A stretch of DNA of 62,140 nt, the filler included, from Choristocarpus tenellus KU-1152 (lineage: Eukaryota; Protista; Phaeophyceae), in assembly GCA_964200185.2 (NCBI GenBank). It is 11 parts of 11 records of this genome, joined end to end, with 100 filler letters (N's around TTAATTAATTAA, not from the genome) between each part and the next. Parts side by side here need not be neighbours in the genome. Positions count along the whole stretch, not along the records: positions 35,377 to 39,337 come from CAXNAD020016920.1; positions 39,438 to 49,798 come from CAXNAD020002972.1; positions 49,899 to 55,139 come from CAXNAD020011383.1; 8 more parts are not named here. One strand, written 5' to 3'. The position numbers were made by a program, and so were the translations under genes. The notes beneath the pieces were generated by a model. The model saw only the letters and a list, made by a program, of their open reading frames with translations, had not been told where the DNA came from and did not search any database. Every line of letters begins with the position of its first letter. Position 1 is the stretch's first letter. This document shows, in pieces, positions 38,588-50,224 of this stretch.

Positions 38588-38765
38588 AAGGGTTAGGGTT
38601 ATAGAGTGAGTATGTTGTGTAAGTGTCAATACCTTATTTGACTCTATTGGTAAGAGTATAGAATTAGGGTTAGGGTTAGAGTGAGTATGTTGTGTAAGTG
38701 TCAATACATTATTTGACTCTATTGGTAAGAGTATAGAATTAGGGTTAGGGTTAGGGTTAGAGTGT
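38588..38765. repeat. Tandem duplication of a ~75-bp unit punctuated by (TTAGGG)2-3
   Basis: AGAGTGAGTATGTTGTGTAAGTGTCAATAC...GTATAGAATTAGGGTTAGGG occurs twice with a single mismatch. Confidence 0.85.
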
Positions 38766-39437
38766 GTGCGTGTGTAGCGGCTACGATCTTGATCTGTCTT
38801 AGATTTTGAAGGTGGAACCAGTTGCTACCAACCAGAGATCATGTCTCCTTCTTCTTCTGGTGGTCTGCATTTAGTAGGGTCGATTAAGGGTATACCTCAT
38901 GTCCGACTCAATCTTGAAATGCGCTTGAAGAGGGGGGGGGGGGTTTTATGTCTGTTCATTTTTTTTTGGCGTATCATTGAGATTATTATATTATTATATT
39001 TTATTTTATTTGTTTTAATATTATTATTATTATTATTATTAATGCCTTGGGACCCCCACTGCTGCCATGTTGGGATTATTATATATGAGTATATATTTGT
39101 GTTGAGGAAAAAAGAGGCTTCTCACAGAGGGAACTGTCCTGTCCTGTTCTCGGTGCTGTTTATTTTTATTTATTATTAATTTTATTCATCTGTTTGTGTT
39201 TGCTATTGAACCGTATTCAGAGTCATCTACATAAACATATCTATGTATTATGTATGTATGTGATTGTACTCGTACCCTATTGATACTACACAAAGATTCA
39301 CAAGAAATGTGTGTGTGTACCCGGGGGGGGGGGGTGGNNNNNNNNNNNNNNNNNNNNNNNNNNNNNNNNNNNNNNNNNNNNTTAATTAATTAANNNNNNN
39401 NNNNNNNNNNNNNNNNNNNNNNNNNNNNNNNNNNNNN

Positions 39438-39493
39438 ATGAAAAAATTGACCCCAACTGGATAGCCGCCACCCCCCCCCAGATACTTTGAGCC
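39438..39493. mobile_element. MITE family B, terminal fragment at contig start
   Basis: ATGAAAAAATTGACCCC...CCCCCCAGATACTTTGAGCC. Confidence 0.8.
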
Positions 39494-39779
39494 AACAACA
39501 ACCAATGAGTGTCTTCCAATTTTTACATTGACATCTATCATAAACACCCCACTCCTTCCGATTTTGAAGGTGTATCAAGGCCACCAACTACCAACTATTT
39601 TATGATGTCATATTTGATTACCGTTTCTTCTTCATTTTATACCTCTGTAATGTTCTTATCTTCAACCTTTCTTCCCCATCTCCCTTCTCACCTTTTTCTT
39701 GTTCTTTTGTCATACTCAAATAATACGTCTGGCGAAAAAAGGTTCTGGAGCCTATCACGGAAGTACAGAAGACTCTCGA

Positions 39780-40637
39780 GGCTGACACATATGTGACAGT
39801 GTCTCTAGTCATCCCCATTAGCCACCATGTATGAGTGGAGCTGAAGAAAGCAGTGCAAGCCTGCAGCACCTTCAAAGCCACACTGCCCCTCTAAACAAGT
39901 GGAAGCGAAAAACACTTTACGCTGCCAGTGCACAGGAGTGATGATGAATGATATCATACACTGCTTTGGTATATGGAGGAAGGATTATTGCCCAGTACTC
40001 TGAGGGCGAGAATAGACAACAAAGAGGATTTACATAGGAGCACGTCCTGGCTATTTGTGTAGACCCCGGAATCAAAACCCCTTTTTGGCATTCCAGATAA
40101 TGAGCAGGAGGATATTTGAAGGCCGGTGGAGTTGGAAGTATTAGGCATTGTGCAGGAGGGGAACAAGTGACAGGAGGCAAAGAATAGTCCTGATGTGGAA
40201 TCAAGCCCACTAGCACGTACCAACCATATTGACTGGGAGCAGTCCTCCCAGAAAAGACACAAGTAGTGTGTAAAGAGCTTCCCTTGAAATGTGTGAGGGG
40301 GGTCAGCTGGTGGTGGTGGGATATTGGAGCACACAGTCAGGGAGCTCATTGAGGAAGTAGCACATGTAGGGGTTGATGCATTCAAAGTTGCAGGAGGGCT
40401 CCCCATAAGTGATTTGGACAGCGAAGCACACAACGACCCACTCAAGTGGCAGTGGGAAAGGAGCTCCAAATTCCCGCCCCTCTTTTCACCATTATGACCA
40501 TTCCTACACAAGCGGAATCGGAACGCATGTTCTCAACAGCTGGGAACATTACGACTTCCAAACAGAACAGGCGAAACCTAGAAAATGTGCACCTTGCGTT
40601 CGATTATAATCAAGCATATCGATTTTTTCTAAGTTAA
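39780..40637 (+). pseudogene. Degenerate hAT-family transposase (C-terminal half with dimerisation domain)
   Basis: VLAICVDPGIK (cf. LDPRFK), DPLKWQWERSSKFPPL, IPTQAESERMFSTAGNITTSKQNR. Frameshifted. Confidence 0.8.
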
Positions 40638-40789
40638 TATAACATACACTCATAAAATATTCCGAGTCACAACACTAGAGTAGGCACATACAAAAATCTG
40701 GGATGGACAGAAATTTCGTCCAATAATCTAAAAACACTTTCATTTTTGCGAGTGTGAGAGACTACGAAACTCACAAAAACGTCGCAAGT

Positions 40790-41030
40790 TCCAACCTTAA
40801 TACCTTCGAGGTAGAAAGGTTTGGGTGTCTTGGCACAAAGGCAGGGCTATTTCTAGATGAACTAGTAACACATGTTGTAGGAGGTAGTGGTGTGGGGAGG
40901 GCTTCACCAGACAGAAAAGGAACCTTCAAATCACAGCTGAGGAAGATTACTTCAGTCACTACTGCACAAGTGGTCACACCCAGAAAGGTTTTGCGCTCTC
41001 AACTAGAGACTCCAATCGGGCGAGGTTTCA
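40790..41030 (+). mobile_element. 3' end of CRE-like non-LTR retrotransposon
   Basis: NLNTFEVERFGCLGTKAGLFLDELVTH...RKGTFKSQLRKITSVTTAQVV. Confidence 0.7.
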
Positions 41031-41152
41031 AATATCCATGGGATTCTTCCCTTCAATTCTCGCTTTTCTTCATTGAGGAATGTTTAAAGTGTTGGTTATT
41101 GTTTTTTCTGGTGGTCCATCGTTTTATATAAAAATTGTTATGTCTGATACAG

Positions 41153-41348
41153 AACGGCCGATTTCAAAAATTGAGGATGGAGCTTTTCATTGAGGATGGG
41201 CTTGACCCAAAATTGACTGGGATAAAGTATCGATATGTATTTTTTTTTTAAATGTTGTGTTGTTTGTCAATACAGAAAAAAACATATCGACACTTTATCC
41301 CAGTCAATTTTGGGTCAAGCCCATCCTCAATTTTTGAAATCGGCTGTT
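41153..41348. mobile_element. Fold-back MITE with ~68-bp TIRs and 4-bp TSD ACAG
   Basis: AACGGCCGATTTCAAAAATTGAGGATGG...CCAAAATTGACTGGGATAAAGTATCGATATGT pairs with ACATATCGACACTTTATCCCAGTCAATTTTGG...GAAATCGGCTGTT. ACAG flanks both ends. Confidence 0.88.
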
Positions 41349-42210
41349 ACAGTACTCCCTTCTGTGGTTATGTTTGTTCTGTTCTTTACGTTATCTTTCT
41401 TGTTGCTCTTATCAACACACTTAGCAAGCGTTGTGGTTGGTTGATAGGTTTATGGTATTACAGTTTCCACTGCAGTATACGGTAAGATTAGCCCCACAGT
41501 ACTACAGATGGTTTCAATATACTTCTCAAAATTCAGAAAAGAAATAAAATGACTGCGGGATCCAAGTTTAGTAGTCAAGTTGTGTTCCAAAGGAATTTGA
41601 CTAACATATAATTTACTACTTCAAAGACACTTCAGATATATTCTCCCCAACCTCAATCTCTAATCTTTGGTTACTATTGTTGTGAATCGAAATAATTTAA
41701 TCTGGAGTAGGTTAAGTCCAATCACTATGATTCGCAACCCTATCCATTATCCTGGTCCCATCCAAAAACGTTCCACCCGTCATTTATCCCACATGCCCGA
41801 ATTAATGTAGGTTCGGTAATCACTTCCACAATGAAAGAATTTGTATCTGTGCGAAGTACTGCTACACGTATTAGTCTAGCGCTAGTGAAACTGAACCTAG
41901 AATGAGCAACTTGAAGGAGCCACGTTCCATTTCCGACACATTGTCACCCACTTAAAATAACTCAAAAGTAATAGTAACATGTTGCACGTCTATGAGTAAA
42001 GGTTTGTCACTATGCACCATTTAATACTCGGCAGGAAAGGCAAGACTTTAGCAATTCATAGGCACAACAAAATTGAGAGCATACAGATTTTTCAGTGAAA
42101 GCATGCAGAGGGCACTTAATTATACCCACATGTGATATCCAAAATACTCCTTGACATGTACATACAGTACAAAGTACTATGTAATGCCGAACAAAGCGAT
42201 ATAAATAAGC

Positions 42211-45200
42211 TCATCGCCCCTTTCCTGACAAGTTCACTGTTGCGACTGCAGACACTCTGCTGCTACACCACCCTCGATATGCTACAGTCACAAGCGTCCA
42301 CATCGCCACGATGGCAATCCCGCACACAACCTGCATGGTGGCATCAAAAACAAACTTAGGAGCAAAGACTGCCCAGAGCATGAGATGGCCACGCTGCACT
42401 GATACATTGATCGACGAGAGCAGTGTTCGCAGGGTGCTCAGAAGGGTCAGCATGCCCGTCAGGCGATCCAGAACACCTAGGAATATCGACGCCTCTTCAT
42501 CCACTAGTCCTGTTGCCGTTTTCACAACCCCTGCCAAAGTTGTTGAAACCTCATCTGCACCTGTAAGAACCCCTGCTCGCAATCTGACAGGTCCTTCCAC
42601 ACCTCCAACCTTTGTACCTGTCCCACTGACAGTAGATGGAACATTCACTTCCCCTTGGCTGCAAGGCATTAGGTGTCTCTCCGAAAGAGCAGATACTACA
42701 TCATCAGGAGTTGATTCATCCTCCTTTAAAAGGCATACATCACCCAATCTTGTCTTATTGGCCCTGCAGGTAGGGGGGGTAAATCTAGCTCCAGATTCAG
42801 CCTCCACTGCAGCCGCAGCAAGCAGGGGGAGGCCAAGCACAGCAAGGATCTCTGTACCAAAAGTATTGATGAACAGTAGAAGGCCTCCTATTTGGAAGTT
42901 GAATTCATCAAATCCTGTGGGCATATCAGAGAGGTGAAGAAAAGAGTGACAAAGAGAAGTCTACCCATGAGCTGCTTGTATATACAGGGCCAATGTGTGG
43001 GAAGTCAATGTAAGAGCATGCAGCATGTGCTCCAAACAATTCATTGTTACATCACTAGCCTGGACACTGAGAGGCTTCAAGTGAAGAGATAGGATAGAGA
43101 TGGATCTATGCGCAAGTAAATGTCTGTGTCTGTAGAAAGAGAAAAATCACATGAGCCCAGTCTGTCACTGGCATATGAACAAACAACTGAGGCCCCCACA
43201 TCTGCACTTGAGCTATAGGGCACAAAATATCTCTATTTTTCCTCCCAATGGGGGTTGTCTAGCCTGACACTATGCATTTCAATTTCAAAAATATAAAGCA
43301 GTTGCATAAGAACTGTCAAATACTGTGAATAGGTCTTATTGGGTAAGTTCGAAGTTGTGTCTTTGCTATAGGAGATGACAATAGAACCACCCTGCCAAAG
43401 CAGATCTAGCACAAGAAAATAACCTATTCTCACCAATGAAAGCAGAAGAATATTGCAGTCGACTGAACTGGTTGTGATGACCTGTCAAAAAGAAAAACGC
43501 CCTTCCTCCAATCGCCCAAACCAATACTGCCGTGGTCACAGCTGCCCTCACCCCAATCACCACCGGCCTTGTGGCAATAAATCCCATGCCCAGACCTTTC
43601 AGACTTTTACAAATTGCAGTCCCTGCCGTCACCATGAACATAAGTGCTGGTGGAGATGTTGGGCCAAGTAAAATTACCACAATGGGGATCAGATGCGTTG
43701 CTACACCTGTAGCAGCGGTGGTAGCAAATGCTGAAAAGTACCTGGATCGTCCCTGAGGCTTTTTTTTTGGACCCTGATCAAACACAACTGTGGGCCATGC
43801 CAAGGACAAGATTGATATGGCAATGCCCATCGCTGAGCAGAGGTACACCAGTCGTGGAAGCAGAAGGCGCAATACAGGCCACGAGAGAGCCTCAGCTAAC
43901 CCCACCTCTGTAGCCTCAACCCCAGCCCCTGTAGTTGCCTGCATGCCTTCTGACTGGCCCACAGGCCCCTTGCTGGCTGCACCTGGGCCAACTGAAGACT
44001 CCAGTAGCCAATACGAGGCAGTGGCAGCAAAGCACACCGCCTGGAGAACCTTATGTAGACTATCGCTCTTCCACACACACTGCAATCCCCCAATTCTTTT
44101 CCATGGTGCTGACTCAGCTGGTCTGTCACTCCCAAAATTCAGGTGACAACGGCTACGGGAGCAAACAAGCCAAAGTATTGGCAGTGGGCCAAGTGAAAGG
44201 GCAGTTGCAGCAAAAAAACTGCCATCGCCCACCCCCCCATTTCCCCTTCCAGTTTCCACCCCGGCCATTGGAGAGACAGGAAAGCTTGCAGCAGCTCGAA
44301 GACATGCTGCTGTTGCTAAGGCAGCATACAAAGCAGTCCGTGAGTAGGGGCTTGGGGTTGTGTAGGCATCAGACCCTGACCTGACACTTAAGAAATGTCT
44401 ACCACCACAGGAGGCCCGGACAGCAGCAACCACAGCAGCTAGTGCCAAAGCCGTGGAGACACCAAGAAATTGGTGGAGGCTGTCCTCTCCCTCAATGAAG
44501 CTGTTGCTGAAGAGTCCACCACAATACAGTGCTGCTAGTAATGGTGGTGCAACAGAACCCACTGCTGTTCTAGTCCCACATTCTTCATTTCCCACTGCAC
44601 CACCAATATTTCTACCACTACCCATCCAAGAGCCCTCTCCTTGCTCCCCACCCCTCAACAGGCCCTCATGCTCCACCAAACCACGCTTGTGACGGATAAA
44701 CTGGAGGTAACTCCAGGCCAAGCCCAGGCACGAGCCTGTCGCTGCAGCAGCCACAACCAGCTCAGACTGAACCCCCTCAGGATCACCCAGCTTGGTCACA
44801 AGACTAGCTGCAAGTCCTGTGCCACTCAGACATCAAATCAGTTTGTAGGTATGGTGCACACAAGGTTGAAAGCACTCAGGTAAGGGCTAAAAGGGACCAA
44901 GCAAAAGAAGGGACTGGATGAACAATGGAAAAAAACTACTCCTCATTGAAGGGTTCCTGTTTGCATTGACATGCTAAAATACCCACATGGCAAAGGATAG
45001 GAGTTGCAGTATAACAATCAATAAAAAGGGGGAGAAATCCTTCGTTGTTGCAATTTTTCAACCTCCTCTGCCGCCAAAAAAGGTTGGACAAAATATGCAG
45101 CTCAAATCACTAGAAGCCCAAGCCCCACTATTCACTACTCTTCAAAGTAAATCGTACTAAAAGTAATATCTTACAACTGAGGCATAAAATTGGATCTACA

Positions 45201-48200
45201 AAATACATTGGCAGTAGTAAATACATGACAGAACAAGACAACGGGAGGAGAGGCAACCATCAGAATCATGGAGATCTGCCCCAAGAGTCAGAGAAATGAT
45301 AAGTATATGTTACAAGATCAGCTGCTATTTACAGGGTATCCGGCACCTGTGTTGTATCCAGAGTAATCTCATGGCAAGGTCAGTAGCACGAGCAAGGATA
45401 TCCTTCAATGAAGCTCACCTATCAAACCTCCTCCAAGCCACCAGCAAACTACCTGATTTCCCACCCTCCCTACCACACAGCCTTTACTGCTTCCTCCGAC
45501 CACATCATCACTCCTTGCTCCACAAGACACCACACGCAGGCTCAGGGTGATGACAAGGGCAGCCAACACACCTACGCCAGTCCCCATAAGAACAGGATCA
45601 TACTGGGTCCACATTCTGCGCCCCAGACCAATAGAGGAGTCAAGAAACTCCTTATAGGCTGCACACACTAAACCAAGACTGGAAGCAGCGGCTTCTACAT
45701 CTTCTACCCTTGTGGCGAAGAAATGTTTCCCCATTTTGGATGTGGGAATGCCAGGATGGACAGCATGCCTACCGATATTGAATGTTTAGGGGGAGAGACA
45801 ACGGATGACAAGAGGGTCCAGGAAAAGGTGGGAAAGGAGGGGAGGTGAGGGAGGCATTTGGGAGGGTGGCAAGCCCATTGAGGACATAGAGGATGTAGTA
45901 CATAGCTCTGTGCCTTTATCATGAGGAAGGGAAGGGCAGGTGGGGCTTTGGGAGATTGGTGAGGTGTGTGTGTTGAAGGGCTGCAGCTCAACTCGGTGCA
46001 CACACCACTCTTCCACTTCTACTGTAGGGAGGCTTGGTGCAAGGTGTTACACTGCTTATTCAAGCCTTTGAAACACCATTATTTCTCTCGCACAAACATA
46101 CAGGCATACCCATACAGCAGCCGATGTTCCTTGTGTATAAGCCTGGCCTTACTCAGTAGCAAGTGCAGATCCAGAAGATCTCCCTCAGGTATTGTTGCCA
46201 CAAGGGAGTACTCATGAAGGTACCTCCACACCTAGTGCGGCAGTATAGAGGGCACGTGTGTCCAAGAGGGGAGGGGGTGAAAGGGAGGGTTAATAGTATG
46301 GGGAAGTAGATTTTGTGCACTGCTGTAAATATTCTGAAGAGTACAAAAAAAAATTAGATGGAAAGGCTCCCTGAAAAATTCCCAGGTGATAGCTATCATA
46401 CCGTTCATAAGAACTGACTATTTCCCAATATAAGTTGGACAATTTAACTCGTATCCTCTCACTGCCCTTTCCATGTACACTAACCTGCACAGAGTTGACT
46501 AGAAGCGCATCACTAAGATGCTCTAGTGACCAAAGCTCGTTCACGAACCAGGCATCCCCCAACTCAGAAGAAATCCCACTATCTGCATTGACTCCATCCT
46601 CAGGCTCAGCCCCATCACTCGCCCCATGAACAACTCCAGAGTCATAGGGTCCCAAGAAGAGGTCAGTGATCACACCCCCAAGGCTACCATATGGGATAGG
46701 GTTACCCAAGAGTAACGATAATGTAGGAACTAGGTCAATTTGTGCCACCTTACGCGACTGAACTTTGCTACCCACTTCTCCTCTTGCCCCATTCTCAATC
46801 CCAACATTGCCACCACTGGCAACACTTCGATCCCCTCCAGTAGCTGTTACACCAGCAGCCTTTGTCCCAGCAATCGCATTCTCCTTTCGACTCCAAACAA
46901 CAAGTGCTGCCCCAGTCTCCTCCTGGGTTGCCCCACCATGATTGCCATCCTCAGTCATGCCGTGGTCACCCATCACCAAGACCAATGTGTCCTCCCCCAC
47001 CACTGAAAAGATCTCTCTAAGTTTGAGCATAGGCAATGAATCATAGGATTAATGATTGGGTTAGGGCTAAGGTTAAGGATACAGAGGAGGGGAATAGTAG
47101 TAAAGAGGTATTTTCCACAGAGATATTCTTTCTGTGCATCTAACTAATCCAACACAATACTGGGTGGGCTTATACAGTTCAAGACTAGGAAGTACCTTAA
47201 CACAAAATAGTTGGCAATACTAAATCTTGAATGGGAAGGCACAAAGGCAAATGCATCACCGCCTTCCTGGTGGTAAATCTAGAGGGAGTAGTGCCTGACT
47301 GTAGTGATCTCAGACTTGAGCTGAGTTTGCAGCAAGCTAAGAAAATTAAGTTCGTTGTATTGAACAAGTTTACGTACAACATAAAATAATGATAGACGCG
47401 CAGTATAAGGATTAGGATTGAGCAGATTGTTCTCCACCTTCAAAGTGATACTAAACACAACTGTGTCAGCTTTTCTGATTGAAACAACTTGCGGCCATGG
47501 GTTTAGGGGTGACGGGCAGTCACAAGGGAAGGGGGGTGGGGAGAGGGGTTAGTTGGGGGGGCTACATGTAGTGGTTACACTGAAGACAACATCACTGGAC
47601 AAAAAGAGACCAACATGTTCCACAACACATCATTTATCAGAAACAGAGAACGGCGTTGAAATCACCTCCACTGTATCAATCTGGGAATATGATCACTTGC
47701 CTCTCTATTAGCACGAGCTGAGTCCTGATGGTGCAAAGCACTAGCTCGTCATTGATACCGAGCATTAATTGGAAATGCTTTGCCGAGGAGCAAAGGCTGA
47801 TGACTACAGTACACAGCTCACCTCAGGGCCGCATCCATTTGCTCAAGCTTATCTTCCATTGCCTGTGAGGCAGGTCCAAAGGTATGACCCACGTGATCCA
47901 CACCCAGAAAGTGTGCGACAAAAACGGTCCACTCCGGCCTCGCCAGCTCTGCCCTCAGGTGGGACAAGATTCCATCATCAACTGTGTGGAGGTCTCTTGT
48001 TTGGTGTTGCAGTGATGGGATTCGAGAGTGTAGTCAATGTGGTAAGGGTTATCATTGGGTTCAAGTTATATTTTGCAGGCAATGTCAACCCTGATATTGG
48101 AGAGGATTCCAATAAGAACTGATATTAAATATATATTAGCAGACTCTAGAGTTGGTGTTACAAAGGAAAATATTGGGGAGGAATTGGATGGGGTGCCTAA

Positions 48201-49798
48201 TACTCTCACAGGGATGGTGATGTTTGTCTTCATCCTATAGCTGGGTGGAGTTGGGATGATCATCCAACACCACCCTTCCCTTGCAAATGTCCAGACCTAC
48301 AAACCTTGAACAGAGAACATTGCCCAAAGATCAACCTCTTCACAAATATGAACAAGGAGAAGCACAAAATATGTTGACTCAACTGATGTGAGTATAGTAT
48401 ACAGAAGGGGGGGCAGTGCAAAATAAAAAAATTGTTCCATACATATGTTACAGGGGAATAGTCTGAAGAAAGAGTTCACCAGTCAAACACCCTATGAATG
48501 CTTGCTCTAATACAAAACATCTTCCAAGTAGAGTAGTGAATCATCAATACAAAATGAAAATACAACTTTAGAACTTCATTTTGTTTTTTTATTGATTTTC
48601 GACTTGGTCGCACAAAAGAAACAAGAACTTTTTTTGGCCCAGACAGTGCAGTAGTGTTATTCAGTAAAAAAAATGCCACTGCACGGCAACCCCCCCCCAA
48701 GAAATTCTGTGCACAAAGTTATAACTCACCTTCAACCCCAACAAACCCCACACGTACCAACTCACCAATGATTAAAATTCAACTCTAACCTCTTCTCTGA
48801 CACATCTAACTCACCACATTTTTGACTTCTACAAAAAATATGGGAGCAACTGCAGGCTTTCCACACGGTATCTCACACCGTATACGCTAGTCTCTATCTC
48901 TATCACAGCCCTAGCCCTATGCAAAGTGGCAAGCTGCTCTTGACTACCCTTGGCACCTTGTGTTAAAAGAGGGAAAAGGGAAACTCCGATGGAAGTGCCC
49001 TGGGTACAGTGAAGTCCAGGTGTCATCTCCCATGAAAGATAGCATCAAACCCCTCTCCCGAACCTGGTCCACCCAGTTGTCTTCTTCCACCTCAGGACTG
49101 TGAAAGTTATTCCGAAAATCTATGAAGGTGGGTAACCCGCCAGTGGTGAGACCCTTCAACCTCTGAGCACACGTGTGTGGGGATGAGGGAGGAGATCATT
49201 AATGTTGTCAGGCAATGGAGGGAAAGATGAAAATAATTAAGGCTGTAAGTGTCTTATTTGAAGATGCTCTACGTTTTACAGTGCCAGCATAGCCTTTAAT
49301 CTATCTCCAAACCTGACACAAGCCTTAGCCTAATGAACCCTATCCTATACAACAGCAGAATTGGAATGTGTTGTTGGACATTGATATCGTACTGACCACA
49401 CCATCAATCAACACATTGCCTAGGTCTCCAGCCATCCCCAATCCTCCAAAAAAGAAGAAAAGCAAGCACACATGTATCACCAACAGAGTAACACCAATGA
49501 TTTTTCCCTCCAGATTCCCACACTTCACCCAAATCTTCTGCAGGCATTGGCCATGCAGGTCAAGCAAGCAGTCCATCAGAACAAGTTCAATCATGCCCCT
49601 ATCCTTACACTACAACTTGAACCCACCACAGATCTGTTAGTGAGTTCCACTCCACCCCTAACCATACAGGAGCTATCACTACAACCATGAGTCCAACACC
49701 CCCATTTTCGAGAATCTGGCCCTCCACAGGGAAGGAGTCACAAGGGGGAAGGGGGGGGGAGGCTTCAAAGTCCACCTGCATAGTGACAGTGGGGGGGT
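42211..49798 (-). CDS. PIGO: GPI ethanolamine phosphate transferase 3 (PIG-O/Gpi13), 5' end missing
   Basis: Exons 49798-49776, 49162-48957, 47995-47822, 47016-46485, 46231-46110, 45708-45419, 44816-43434, 42914-42211, all GT-AG and phase-consistent. Motifs PPTVTMQRLKGLTTGGLPTF, MGDDTW, HFLGVDHVGH, GDHGM..GNHGG, QIDLVPTLSLLLG.PIP, FSNSFI..E, FF.TGH and HLMLWAVFAPKF. Confidence 0.96.
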
Positions 49799-50108
49799 NN
49801 NNNNNNNNNNNNNNNNNNNNNNNNNNNNNNNNNNNNNNNNNNTTAATTAATTAANNNNNNNNNNNNNNNNNNNNNNNNNNNNNNNNNNNNNNNNNNNNGG
49901 TGGTCGAAGGAAGGGGGGGGGAAGGGAGGGGAGGGGGGGGGGCACATATTATTATTATTAGCACCTTCTACATGCAAGCACAACAGCATTATCTTCCACC
50001 CCTTCATCTACCGATCTATCTTCTATCCACTCATCGTTCCAGGTATCCATCTCAAATAAAAAAATGTGCCCAAGAACATGTATGTACGTACATAATACAT
50101 AATACATA

Positions 50109-50141
<33 letters not shown>

Positions 50142-50224
50142 CACACACACATACATACATACATACATACATACATACATACGACAAAAAAGCCTTCCCA
50201 CCCCCCTCTAGAATCAACACTCAC

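Noticed and set aside
42211-42213. Genome-wide UGA=Trp reassignment suggested by the tRNA-Trp stem
   Set aside because: Conserved Trp positions in the intact genes use TGG, none of the hand-spliced intact genes contains an internal TGA, and PIGO terminates at TGA.
42311-44692. Long plus-strand ORFs (208 aa, 149 aa, 118 aa)
   Set aside because: Antisense shadows of PIGO exons.
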